Shown: in pieces, positions 13,501 through 26,335 of the stretch
Layout: every line of letters starts with the position of its first letter
Numbering within the stretch: position 1 is the first letter of the stretch
NCBI GenBank assembly: GCA_035221665.1
Contig: CM069157.1
Coordinates: forward strand, 17,980,001 to 18,044,000
Source: Okamejei kenojei
Lineage: Eukaryota
Direction: 5' to 3'
Length of the DNA: 64,000 nt
Translations under genes and position numbers: made by a program
The notes under the pieces: generated by a model
Told to the model about the DNA's origin: nothing
Database searches by the model: none
What the model saw: the letters and a program-made list of their open reading frames with translations, nothing else

Positions 13501-14760
13501 TTTGATTTCAAAATAAAGTAATATGAAAATACAAGACTTTGGAATATATTTATCAGGTAATATGGCGAGCTCTAATGTATATAAAGCACCTGAAAACAGA
13601 AAAAGGAGCAAATCGCAGCCCCAGTCAGACAGTACATAAACAGGCCTTTGGTACATGCTGGCCCATAGGAATCCTATTTCTCAGCATTTGGTTCATGAAC
13701 ATCTGCACAATTTCAAGCGCTCATATAATTACTTCTTAAATGCTGCCAGAATAATTATCTTAACGAGCCATCAGAGGGAGAGAGTTCCAGATTGTTTTTG
13801 GTATATTATTGTCACGTGTACCAAGATACAGTGAAAAACACGATGATATCCATACAGATCATACCATACATGACTGCATTCATATCATGTATGGGTGGGA
13901 GTGCACAAAGAGAAAATAATCAGAGCAAGTGCAGGGATGGGCAGACAAGTGGCAAGTAGCATTTGTGTCAAGTGTCAGGCAATGACCACCTCCAACATCT
14001 AGGCACCTATCTTTGACGTGCACAAGCAGTTTCCCGGCCCCCACTATTAGCAACTTGCAGAGGATAGGGTGTGGGGGTTCACCATTAACCAATATCTCAA
14101 CAACAGGTTGATAAGTAACGACCATGGCTCCAAATGCAGGTCCGAGACTATATCATATGGCAAGCAACTAACAAGGCACAAGTGATGGGGTACTCGCTAC
14201 TCGCTTTGGTCGAGTGCAATGCCAACATTTTCAAATCACGACAGCACTATCCAGGCGAAGTAGCCAGCTGGACTTGCAGCCCATCCAACACCGCAAACAT
14301 TCAATCCCTCCACAACTATTCTCTTCATCAGATCTTTCACGATTTGTTTCGGAAACCAGCATCTGCAGTTCCTTATTTCTATGTTCATCATCTGTATTGA
14401 ATCAACTTGTTAAAATGTATTTGACTATACTCCTGACCTGTTCCTAATAGAAAGTCAATGATTGCAGGTGCAATCTCCACGCTGCACACCATGCTGCTAT
14501 TGACCATCACCGTTGCTGAGAAAACGTGCTGAACTCTCCACCTAACAGCCTTGTTGTGCATCATCAGCAATGGATCACAGCAGTTAGAGAAGGCACTGCA
14601 GCACTACTTTCTAATACAGTAAGTTAAGAGTAATGTTACCCTTGGTAGCTCCATCTCTATCTGGTGTACGAATACAAATATAAAGGGAATACAAATATAA
14701 AGGGAAAATATAAATATAAAATATAAATATAAATACAAATATAAATATATAGAGAGAGTA

Positions 14761-15245
14761 CAGAGGAGATTTACTAGAATGTTGCCTGGGATCCAGCAAC
14801 TATGTTACAGAGAAAGGTTGAACAAGTTAGGTCTTTATTCTTTGCAGCGCAGAAGGTCAAGGGGGGACTTGATTGAGGTCTTTAAAATGATGAAAGGTAT
14901 AGACAGAGTTGACGTGGATAAGCTTTTCCCATTAAGGGTAGAGAAGATTCAAACAAGAGGGCATGACATGCGAATTAAGGGACGGAAGTTTAGGGGTAAC
15001 GTGAGGGGGAACTTCTTTACTCAGAGGGTGGTGGCTGTGTGGAATGAGCTTCCAGCAGAAGTGGTGAAGGCAGGATCGATTTTAACATTTAAAAGTAAAG
15101 TGGATAGGTATATGGACGGGAAGGGAATGGAGGGGTATGGTCCGAGTGCAGGTAGATGGGACTAGGGGAAAACAAATGGTCAGCACGGACTGGAAGGGCC
15201 GAGAGGGCCTGTTTCCGTGCTGAAATTGTTAAGTTATATGGTTAT
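14761..15245 (+). mobile_element. CR1-type LINE 3' fragment
   Basis: ORF 14779-15165: RERLNKLGLYSLQRRRSRGDLIEVFK...FFTQRVVAVWNELP; preceded by an (aatata)n stretch. Confidence 0.9.
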
Positions 15246-16406
15246 ATGGATTTTAATCAGACCAGCAGAAATATTTTTAACAATCAAACTTGTCTGCTTG
15301 CACCTCCACATTAAAATCATGCAAATCACCAAATCTGAGGCCCGACTTGAAACCTAATCTGTGCAGCGGTAATTTCAAAGAAGCTAAATACGAAATCTTT
15401 CATCGGAATCTAAATAAACATTGTCGACATTGAAATATTATCCAACCTCATCCTGCATCAATATCAGTTTTATTCATCACTGTAATAACCATTGATAGCC
15501 AATGGCACATTTATTTTCTCCCATTCTACCTTTAGCTTCTATATTACTGAAACTTTGAGCACAAAAATGGGCGCCGTGGTGCACGCTGACCACTGGGCAC
15601 TCCGCTGCACGAATCCCTTTCAGCAGCACTTAGTTTTCACCCTTCCTTGCCTTGGTGATTCAAGAGCTTATCCTGGCAAATTTATAATGTTGAAAGCACT
15701 TACCTCCTATCTTTTCAGGCACTACATGCTAGATTGCAAATATATTCCTCAGGTCCCCTCTCCCCCTCACCTGAAAGCTATGCCCTTTGATTTCAGACGT
15801 CTTGGTTATGGATAAGGTATGTCGCTGTCCACCCTCCGTGAGCCTCTTGTAATTTAGTACATCTCTGTCAAGTTCCTTTCAGCTTTTCCTCCACTCAAAG
15901 GAAAACAAAGACAACCTACACAGTCTCTCCTCGTAACTGAATGGCCCATCTCCGTCGTCACATACATTTTGTTTTAAATAATTAGCTGAGCATCAGGCAA
16001 TAAAATAGTTGCTGCTGTGACATATATCTTGCGGAAGCTTTTAATGAGTGTTTGTGAAATATATTTACAGTAATATGAAGGTCATAATATTGTAAATGTA
16101 TTTCACAAACACGACATTGAATGTAGCTCATGGTGAAGGACCTTGAAATGCTGAAGTCACACACGGGGGCATCACACTTTACTTACGATACGATAAAACT
16201 TTATTCATCCCTGGAGGGAAACTGTTACTTAAAACTGTTACAAATACTGCAGATGCTGATGAAAATCCACCACAAAGTTTTACATTTCTAATTTAGTCAC
16301 AAGACACTGTAAATAAAGCTCAGCAGTTTCAAAGGGATTTCATGCAAACCCCAAGCAACTGTTTTCCCTAAAAATTACGTCAAGCATCAGAGAGGAAGAT
16401 AAATAC

Positions 16407-19400
16407 CTCATCATCTGTATCACTTTGAGCAGAAGAATCGGGTTTATTAGCTTTCACCGCGAAGCAGTCTCCACCGGTCTCTACCAGCTCACAGAGTGGT
16501 TCTGGGTCTAAGGATAATTCCCAAGGGCTGGATTCAAAGCCTTCTTCCTGCATCTCAAATAAAGATTCCAGCGTTCCTTCTTCGATAAAGTCATCATCAA
16601 GGTATGAAGTGGAAACATTTTCCAGCACATCAGCCTGCAGGCTAGTCTCCCAACTTTGAGCTCTGTTTGCTTGTCTTTCCAGGGTGGTGTTAATAGTATC
16701 CTCATCTTCGTCAGATTGGAAAAGGAACCTGATCCTTCGAGTACCTGCTCATCAGTATCCTCATCAATCAACACGACCTCACTGCAACTTCTCCCATGTT
16801 GAACAAGAGCATCAGACGTACAATCTATTTTTGAGTTATCACTATTACACGGTGCTTCTGTGGTATCAGTGTCCACTGGATCTAAAGCAACAGGGTCGGT
16901 AATGTCCAAGCATATTATTGCATCCAACTCTATCAAACTTTTCTGTTTGTCCCATTGAAAATCAGTGAAGTTGTCCGTCTGAAGAATATGAATCTCTGCT
17001 GCATCAGGCTCCACTTTAAAGTCTGAGAACTCTGATTGAACATTAACTTCACATTCTTCAAATTCAAGGCATATACTGTTTTTTCTTTCCAAATTAAAAT
17101 CATGCCTTTCTTTATCGGAATTACCAGGAAGTTTGTCTGCATCACAGTCTGCATCAATCACATTAGAAATTATAACTTCCTGAGAACAGTTTGTGAAATC
17201 TATACTAGGTGCTAAAGGATGGAGAGGACAACTTGTCGTAGGGGGCTCAGCAACCATTTCACATTCTTCTAACTGGACAAAAGCCGCCTGCATATCCCTG
17301 GTCTCCTCCACACAGTGCAACGTTGCCATCTGCTGAGCACAGTGCGAGAGATCAAGATACGAGGCTTCGATGGAATCTGTTGAAGGAATTTCAGTAATAA
17401 ACTGATGTTCATTTAAGTGGACAAAGTCTGTCGGCATGTCCTGATTTTCTTCAACAGCAGACAACATGACCACTTCCTGAGCATAACCAGCAAGATCTGA
17501 ATCTGTTGGTGTGCATGGATCTGCTGGGGGGCAAAGAGCAATTGGTTCACATTCTTCGAAATGAAGAGAGTTTAGTTGTCCTTCATCTTTTACACCAGTA
17601 CTCTGCATTCCACATCCGTCAATTAAAGCTTCACAGTCAATACCTGTAACCTCCACCACAAATGCAGTCTCTTCATCTTTATTACTATTTTCGTCAATGA
17701 ACACCTCATTTGCATCGATCATAACTTCGGAGGCATCGTGAACGATTTGTAAATTGCAGTCCTCTTTAGATACATTTTTAAGTTCTTGACTTGCATTGGC
17801 ATCAGGGTCAGTGTCAGACCCTTGTGGAAGGGTACATTCCGATATCTCTTTCTGATCAGCATAATATTTCCATTCTGTAGAAGTAGTTGATCTTTGTTCA
17901 GTTGCAGTAACTCTCCTCAGGCGATGTTGTTTGTTTTCTAACTCTTCAAAGATTTTCTCTTCCTCTGAACTCCGGCTGACTAAAGAGCTCAATGTTTGAA
18001 AAGTTATAAATTCTTTTTCCCCTTCTATTAACACGTCGGATTCCATTATTTTGGCCGTGCCCATAACTCTTTTCTCATCTTGTTCAAACCTTAACGAATG
18101 TGCACCCCCCTCTGTGCTTGCCAAGATGACAGCATCCAGCTGTTGAAATGCTGATTCTTCAAAGAGATCTTTGCTGTCTGCAATCATCTTTCGCTCTTCG
18201 TCTTCAAACTGGAGGAGGGAGTCTGCATCTCCTTTCGTGTTTTCCAAGATTACAGCATCCAATTGACCTGCAGCCTCTTCAAAAATGAAATTGTCTTCAG
18301 TCTGTCTTTGCTCTTCATAAAAATGTGTCGGAGAGACTGCATCTCTCTCTGTGTTTTCCAAGATGATTGCATCGAGCTGCTGAAGTGCTGATTTTTCATC
18401 CAGGAATTTTTCATCTTCAACCAGTCTCCGATCTTCTTCAAGCTGCATTGCAAAATTGAATCCCTCTGCGTTTTCCAAAATGACAGCATCTAATTGCTGA
18501 AATGCCAATTCATCATACAATTCTGCATCTTCAATGAGGCTTTGCTCCATTTCTTCAAATTGTATCAGAGAATCTGTATCCCCCTCCGTCTCCCCCAAGG
18601 CTACATCATCTAGCTGAAATGATTCCTCAAAGATATACCTTTCATTATCCATGGGGTTTCTTTGATCTTTAATTTGTATTAGTGATTCAGTATCTCCCTG
18701 TACAACCTCTATTGCAGTATATCGGTGAAATTGTTTGTTACCAGGCTCCTTGTCATCAATCACTTGTTCTTTTTCAAATATTGGATTAACTTTGTCATCT
18801 ACCTGCTTAATAATTAAATTATCTAACTGTTGAGGTGCCGAGTCTTCAATGAGATTGTCTTTTTCCTCAGTCAATCTTTGCTCCTCTTGCTCAAACTGCA
18901 ATAGGGAGTCAGTATCTTCCTCTCTACCTTCCAGGATTACAGCATCTAGTTGCTGAAGTGCTAATTCTTCACTCAGAAATTCTGACGTAAACAGCATTTC
19001 TTCAGTTTCACGCCGGTGCACCATTTCAGGGTTAACGTGGCATTTACATGCCTCTTCGTAATTCTGTTCATCAAATTCAGCTGTAACCTCCTGCACATCT
19101 AGTCTGGTTGCACCAGAATCTAACACCCCTCGACATTCCAGAGATGCTGCGTAGGTAACGATCCTTTCCTGCGCCAGATCAATTGTTCTTTTATGTAGAA
19201 ATGAGGCATCTTCCAACGTCCCTTTGGTCTTGAAGGCTCTGGGCCATGTTGCAGATATACTTGTATGATGCTCTGGTAAAAATCTTGCCATCTCCAGTAC
19301 ATGTTTACACTCCATTAACGGAGCACTTTCACTCTCTGAACTTTGAGATAAAACTGTAGCAGTTTTCAATTTGCTTTCTGCTCTTTGCTGAATGACCAGG

Positions 19401-20023
19401 GTTCTGGCGGATTTGTGTTCATTTGCTATTGTTGACTTAGGTATGATCAGTTCTTTTTCAGAAGATAGATCAGGACTTTCAGCAAGCAAGTGGCTAGAAA
19501 GCCTCTTCTCTTTAATTGAATTAGAACTACCAGTTGGCTCATTGGCGGACACCTCCGTTCGTTCTGTGAAGTCTGGGTAATTTGGAGGCAGGAAAGCTTT
19601 CCAGGACCTCCTGTTTGTGTTTTCCTTTCTCTCAACGTGCGGTCTCCGCTTTGGTGGACCAGAAGACCGAATAACATCACTGCTCAGTTTTAATGCGTCA
19701 AATATAAGTCTTTCATCCAACTTTTTATTTTCAGAACTAAATCGCGTTTCAAATACATTTGACGTAGTGGGCGTTCCATTACTTGATAAAGTGCTCGAAT
19801 CCACAGCTCTCTGGGTTTGCGAATGTGTGTGGTCAACAAAACATCTTGATGGCGGGTTAGCCTTTGCCCCAAGGTCTATCTGTTCATTAATTCTCATGGT
19901 GTCATAAATAGATCTTTGCGGAATGTAGCAATCTTCAATGTACATGTCGTCCTCTTCATTCTTTCTTAAACAGGTGGGATTATTACGTCGCAAACAGTCT
20001 GGCCTACTGAGTGGCTTCCCCAT
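16407..20023 (-). CDS. KIAA0754: KIAA0754-like giant alternative first coding exon nested in a MACF1 intron (1-nt frameshift near 16720)
   Basis: N-terminus MGKPLSRPDCLRR...YIEDCYIPQRSIYDTMRINEQID...KKLDERLIFDALKLSSDV...NRRSWK.F.PPN and SATWPRA match human KIAA0754, which sits in the equivalent MACF1 intron (recalled, not searched). Track ORF is 16508-20023; the acidic frame continues to GAG|gtattt at 16407, in phase with exon 8082. Confidence 0.9.
17150..17566 (-). repeat. Coding tandem repeat, about 3 x 48 aa (xHxEECE...DL..AQ...VEE..DM...F)
   Basis: LHFEECE...VEENQDMPTDF / VHLNEHQ...VEETRDMQAAF / VQLEECE...; the first two units are both 48 aa. Confidence 0.75.
18061..18970 (-). repeat. 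Coding tandem repeat, about 8 x ~39-41 aa (EE.AFQQLDAVILE..EGD.DSLLQFE)
   Basis: Recurrent QQLDAVILE/QLDAIILE motifs in the ORF translation. Confidence 0.9.
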
Positions 20024-23000
20024 AATTAGATTGGAATTTCAAATATCCACAGTACAAAGTAGATAAATTTAAAAAAAAAGATATTGAACTGTATTCCACA
20101 TCAGATAGAAGAGTGTATCTGTATATTTTAATCCAAAAGGCACGCCGTTATATTTAGAGATTCCAACAACATATTACTCACTTGTCATAGCAATGAAGCC
20201 CAGGCAAACTATAAAATCATTCCAGGAAAACAACAACCAAACCAATTTGTGCATTCAATTCAGATTCTTTTCAGTTCAAATGCATGACGGCTGACAAGAA
20301 AAAGGTATTTCAAAGACTGTATTCCAACTGTGCAAATTCCTTTCATTTTAACCACAAACTACAATGCCCAAATGCCCAGCTGCTGCAAGGGAGGCAGTCC
20401 TTGAAATTCCACATGTTTTCTTTTGAAAAGTGATTCTTGGCGGATATTCCGGCAGATTCAAAGACAGGAAGTTCTTCAATCAGTGGGGCTTCAGCTGCTT
20501 CCTCCCTTAGCAACATCATGGCATTTTTTAAAAAAGTCTTCAACTTCAGAACAATGGCTAAAAGTTTCCAGATGAGACTTCCTTGAGAGAAAACTGTATT
20601 AATTAATTGATTGGCAAATAAATACCTTTCAGGTTTAAGACATTTGGCAAAATCCTGTAATTCCAGTCAGTGTACAGTTTACACTGTTTAACTCCAATTT
20701 AAAATGCACTGGTCCTAAGGCCACGGATCCTCTTCCAGCAAGGTTCGTTTATTTATTTATTCCTGTTTTAATCCAGGCATTATTTTTCTTTTTCCTCAGA
20801 TGTTGGTAAAAAAAACTTTCTCCTTTTGCGTTGTGAACAGTAGCAAACAGACTGTGAGAGGTCTGACTGACAATTCTCTTCAAAACGTAGGGTCCAGTTG
20901 TCACGTTGTACAAGGCAAACTATTGCTGTTGAACAAAAGAGTGTTGAGAGCTGCCACGCTCTGTCCAGCTTTTCCAAAAATCCCAGCGCAGCTCCTTCCT
21001 TAGCATGTGCTGTCTAGAGAAAGTTAGCACGACTGGTTTGTTCATGGGCAATGTAAAGCTGCTGTGATTAATCCCATAGCCTACGTCAGCTTCTGTGCCT
21101 AATTAGATGCAGTTACGCTCTCTTCACCACAAAGAATCTTGCAGCAGCCTTGTCAACTTTCCAGAACTTAGGAAGAGGTTAAAAAGAGTTTTAAACACTT
21201 ACTTATTTTATTTGATTGTAAAACTGCCGCAAGTTCTTAAGCAGTGCTCTATGCAAACGGTTTCCACTGGATTTTTTCCCTCTCTCAACCGACTTCAGTG
21301 TCTCCTTGCTGTACAGACAAAGAAACGCCCTTTTTTGGTTGCTCTCTTGCTCTCTCTCTCTCTCTCTTGCTCTGTCACACACAACGCTGAATAGCATCTG
21401 TTGTGATCCTATTTTCACCGCCAATCGCGCAACATTATGAATGCCACTGAAGGTTCGACCTTGTGCACTCTCCCCTTCTGCGATTACGTTTCAGCCCCAT
21501 GTGGTCAAACTGCAGCTTTTCAGAAAGTTGACTCTTTAATGGCTGTTTGTCTCATACTTTTGCTTTAGTTTGCATACGAGACATAACTGTGGGAAGTGTG
21601 CTATGGAAGGAAACAAAGCCTTCAATTTTAGATTAAGATTCAACATTGAAAAAACCTTGCAATTTGCCTTGAAATGTCAACTCTTAAGGTGTCTGTTTTC
21701 ATTCTAAATCAAATTAATATAGGATTTTTTTTTAATAACTTGAGAATTCCACATTACATAATTAATTTACCATTGAAAAAGGATGAATAATCTTGCTTTT
21801 AATTAAAAGCCAATTAATACAAATACTTGATCATAAACCCTTTACAATTCTCAAACTTTACAAATCGCAGTTTAATTTATTTACAAAATATTACTCTGAA
21901 TGGCTACATGATCTAAGTTCAGATATTTTAATATTGGCTTATTGGGGGTCTTCTTGAATATCAAATGACTCAACAAGATGACGTCTGAATTGAACAAAAC
22001 AAATAAACGTCTGAAGTAAAAACCTAAGGAGCAAGCCCCTCTGGGCATTGCAAAAACAAGTTTTCATCAAGACAAGTTCAGCCAATATAATGTGAGAATT
22101 CTAAGGGATTAATATGTGTATCCCTTCAGTGCAATCTTGCTACGGAAACATTAATCAATTCAAAATTCTTTTTCTGCTTTGTCACATCCTGGGTGCCTCT
22201 CCAGTTCCTGTTTTGGCTTTGTTTTGCTACTCTCATCCTTTTACAAGGATACAACCATAGTATTGAAGAAAAACAGCGACCATATTCCAGTGTAACATCC
22301 CCAGAAAATTGTTTTACAACATAATCAAAATGTTTCAGCAGAATCTATGGAAATTCAAATTATAATAATTGTCTGTGTCCAGTGGTGCACATGAAATAAT
22401 ATTACTCTGAGTCACAATATATTCTTTATCTTTTCAAACATGCCTTTAGTTGAGAGCAATTATTTTTCTAAACCACACATATTGAAGGGGGGGTAAACAA
22501 AGGCTCAAGATTTTACTTTCAACACGGGGCCTGCACTTTAACAACAATTTAAAACAATAGTCTGCCCTCACTAAGATTTCCCTCAAAAATTAGATCTTTA
22601 CATTTATAATAGTAGTTACCACAATTATAGTCAATTTTCCAGATAAGAACACTTCAGCTTTTGCTGTGCAGAGGCATTCCTAAAGAAATCTTTAGATTAG
22701 AAAATATTCACTGATTTAAATCATGAGGATTAATAATAAATTAGACGTCTAATCTTTCTATTGTTAACCCAGTTTGTGTGCAATTGTTGTTTTACTGGCA
22801 ATTGCATTATTTAAAGGTAATATGAACAGCAAACTAAAAGGCTAACAAAAACACCGAGTTATGTTAAAATTGTTTAAGTCCCAAACCTGGCTACATTTAA
22901 GAGTACTGGGGAGCTCTGGTCTCTACACTGTGTAAAGGTCACAGAACCACTGACAGACATGGAAAAAAATGGATAAAATGTTCAGAGAACAAAACTCGTA

Positions 23001-24249
23001 AGAAGAAGTGTGCTGATCAATAAAACAGGAACCTGGGCAAAATTGCTGGAAAGACAGGGAAGCATTTATGTGCATAATATCTATGTATCTAAGCTTGGTG
23101 CACCACACACACACCTGAAGACCTAAGTGCGAAGAAACGTTCTGCGTTTTGTATCTCAACATAAATGTGCTTCTTTTAAACTAAAAGCCAACATAACATC
23201 AGCACTGGCAATAACAATTGCAAGTACCAACGTACCAGTCCAAAGTACTAGCAAGGTATAAAAATACAATTTATCCCCCTTGCAAAGATCCCCCACCTTC
23301 CCCAATTAGTACTTGCTCAGTTGGTGGCAAATTTGATCGGCCGCACTGAAGTTTATCAACGGTTACCGAGGAAACAGGAGAGATCCGAGTCCCGTGTCTT
23401 CAGTGGAAGCATCTCATTCCCATTCTTCTAATTAACCATTTGACTGGAGGCTTCAACATTCAAAGCAAGCGTAGTTGAGTAAAATACATGACATTTAAAA
23501 TTCAGATGCACCAATCAAGATAGAACATCAAAGGATAGAAATATCAATAGTTGCATAAAGCGTTGGAGTAATTTTAAAGATCCTTTAAAATGACACATTG
23601 CATAGTTTTGTATTTTCATGGTGCTATTTGCATCTCTGCCAAAAGACTTAATTGTTTAAACTTAATAAATAATTTTGGTGCATTGTAGTTTCCATTTTAG
23701 ATGTGCTCCTTCTTTCTTGGCACCCTAATTCCATTGATCTTAGAGACCAGTGCTGCCACATATCTACTTAGCAGACATAACTGGATCAGGTGTGGGAGGT
23801 CAGTGCCCTCCTTACATTACCTACAATGGTGTCCAAACAAATTCTCCAAATATACTGGCAGAACAAGTGGTTCCAGCGCTACTATCCTCTCCCGGACCAA
23901 CACCTGCTGTGCTGAAGCCATATTATCACTTTGCTGACTAGGTTAGGCATGCCACGATGTTTGCATTTCTGACAGTAGACTCCTGAAACAGACACTCTAT
24001 TCCATGGGAAAAGATTTCATGGCAGGGAAAGGATGGGATCTACAGATGTATTCCTTGAAGATATACACCATCTCCACTGATTCCAAGGAATCTCTCGCCC
24101 ATGAATTCTTAAGATGGAGAAGGAGCATTCTGGGTGGTACTGAGACCCTCTTGGAACCAAAGGATTACCTTACAACCTACTCAACCATTTACTTCTCCAA
24201 GCTGTTTGCCTTCAACTGGTCCATCTGTGGAAGAGTCTGTAGGTCCAAC

Positions 24250-25810
24250 ATTGTCTTGACAAATCTCCAGGGCCTGATCTGATATATCCGAGGACATTGT
24301 GGGAAATTAGAGAGGAAATTGCGGGAGCCCTGGTTGTAATTTATGTCCTCAAATACAGGAAAGGTGCCAGAAGACTGGAGGGTAGAAATGTTGTACTTCT
24401 TTTCAAGAAGGGCTGCAGGGAAAATGCTGGGAACTATAGGCCGGTGAGCATAACATCTGTAGTTGGTAAGGTACTGGAGAGTATTCTGAGAGATAGGATA
24501 TACAGGCATTTGGATGGGCAAGGGCTAATTGGGAAAAGTCAGCATGGTTTTGTACGTGGGAGGTCATCTCACAAATCTGACTGATTTTTTTGAAGACATG
24601 ACCAAAAAGGTTGATGAGGGCAGAGCTGTAGATGTTGTGTACATGGACGTCAGTAAGGTGTTCGACAAGGTTCCGCATGGTAGGCTGCTCTGGAAGGTTA
24701 GATCGCGCGGGATCCAAGGAGAGATAGCTGAATGGTTAGCAAATTGGCTCCATGAAAGGAAGCAGAGGGTGATGGTGGAAGATTGCTTCTCAGATTGGAT
24801 GCCTGTGACTAGTGGTATGCCTCGGGGTTCGGCGCTGAGCCCGTTACTGTTTGTCATCTATATCAATGATTTGGATGAGAACATACAGGGCAAGATTAGC
24901 AAGTTTGCTGATGATACAAAAGTTGGTGGTTTTGCAGATAGTGAAGATGGTTGTGAAAAATTGCAGCAGGTTCTGGATCAATTGGCCAGGTGGGCGGAGG
25001 AATGGTTGATGGAATTTAATATAGAGAAGTGTGAGATGTTGCATTTTGGGACGTCAAACAAGGGCAGGACCTGCACAATAAATGGTAAGCCTCTGGGGAG
25101 TGTTTAGAGCAGAGGGATCTAGGAGTACAGGTGCATGGTTCCTTGAAGGTTGAGTCGCAGGTAGATAAGGTGGTCAAAAAGGGTTTTGGCACTTTGGCCT
25201 TCATCAGTCGAGTATTGAGTATAGAAGTTGGGAGGTCATGTTGCAGTTGTATAAGACGTTGGTGAGATCGCATTTAGAATATTGTGTTCAGTTCTGGGCA
25301 CCATGTTATAGGAAAGATACTGTCAAGCTTGAAAGGGTTCAGAAAAGATTTACGAGGATGTTGCCAGGACTAGAGGGTGTGAGCTATAGGGAGAGGTTGA
25401 GTAGGCTGGGTCCCTATTTCATGGAGCGCAGGAGGATGAGGGGAGATCTTATAGAGGTGTACAAAATCATAAGAGGAATAGATCAGGTAGATGCACAGAG
25501 TCTCTTGCCCAGAGTAGGGGAATCAAGGACCACAGGACATAGGTTCAAGGTGAAGGGGAAAAGATTTAATAGGAATCCAAGGGGTAACCTTTTCACACAA
25601 AGGGTGGTGGGTGTATGGAACAAGCTGCCAGAGGAGGTAGTTGAGGCTGGGACTATCCCATGTTTAAGAAACTGTTAGGCAGGTACATGGATTGGACAGG
25701 TTTGGAGGGATATGGACCAAGCACAGGGGCAAGTGTAGCTGGGACATTGTTGGCCGGTGTGGGCGAGTTAGGCCGAAGGGCCTGTTTCCACACTGCATCA
25801 CTCTATGACA
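24250..25810 (+). mobile_element. CR1 LINE, 5'-truncated, RT domain with frameshifts
   Basis: GNYRPVSITSVVGKVLE, SQHGFVRGRS, VDVVYMDVSKVFDKVPH, SGMPRGSALSPLLF, SKFADDTK, LERVQKRFTRMLPGL; CR1 tail. Confidence 0.95.
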
Positions 25811-26147
25811 CTAAGTGAAATGAAATAATTCTCAACCCAGACAGTTTGCTTTAGAAGAGGAAGTGGGAAGCATGGCAAACATTTATTTTGCTCAGGATTC
25901 TGCTGCTAATTCCAGTCAGTGCTGTCCCCAAGATGAATTTATTGATCAATCATTGGAACATGTTCTAGGGTTGTTTGCATCTGTGAGGTATAGTAAAGTG
26001 ATACACTGAGCGATAATATTTATTTATTAAGTTACTGAATTAACTACAGATGACCATTTCCTAACGGCATAGTGGATGGGAAGGAATCATTTGATTTTTT
26101 TTTGCAGTCAAATCAAAGAGGAAGAACAAGCTTTCATCATTTAAGAA

Positions 26148-26335
26148 TGACACAAAATGTTGGAGAAACTCAGCGGGCCAGGCATCATCTCTGGATTGGA
26201 AGGGGGGATGTTTTGGGCCGAGACCGAAACAGCATCCATTCCTTTTATCCAGAGATGCTGCCTGTCCCGCTGAGTTACTCCAGCATTTTGTGTCTATCTT
26301 CAATGTAAACCAGCATCTGCAGTTGCTTCCTACAC
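26148..26335. mobile_element. Palindromic Penelope pLTR-derived short element
   Basis: gacacaaaatgttggagaaactcagcggg ... cccgctgagttactccagcattttgtgtc inverted arms. Confidence 0.75.

Noticed and set aside
16380-16628. 82-aa ORF as a separate gene
   Set aside because: It is the -1 frame continuation of the KIAA0754-like exon and reads through a splice donor.
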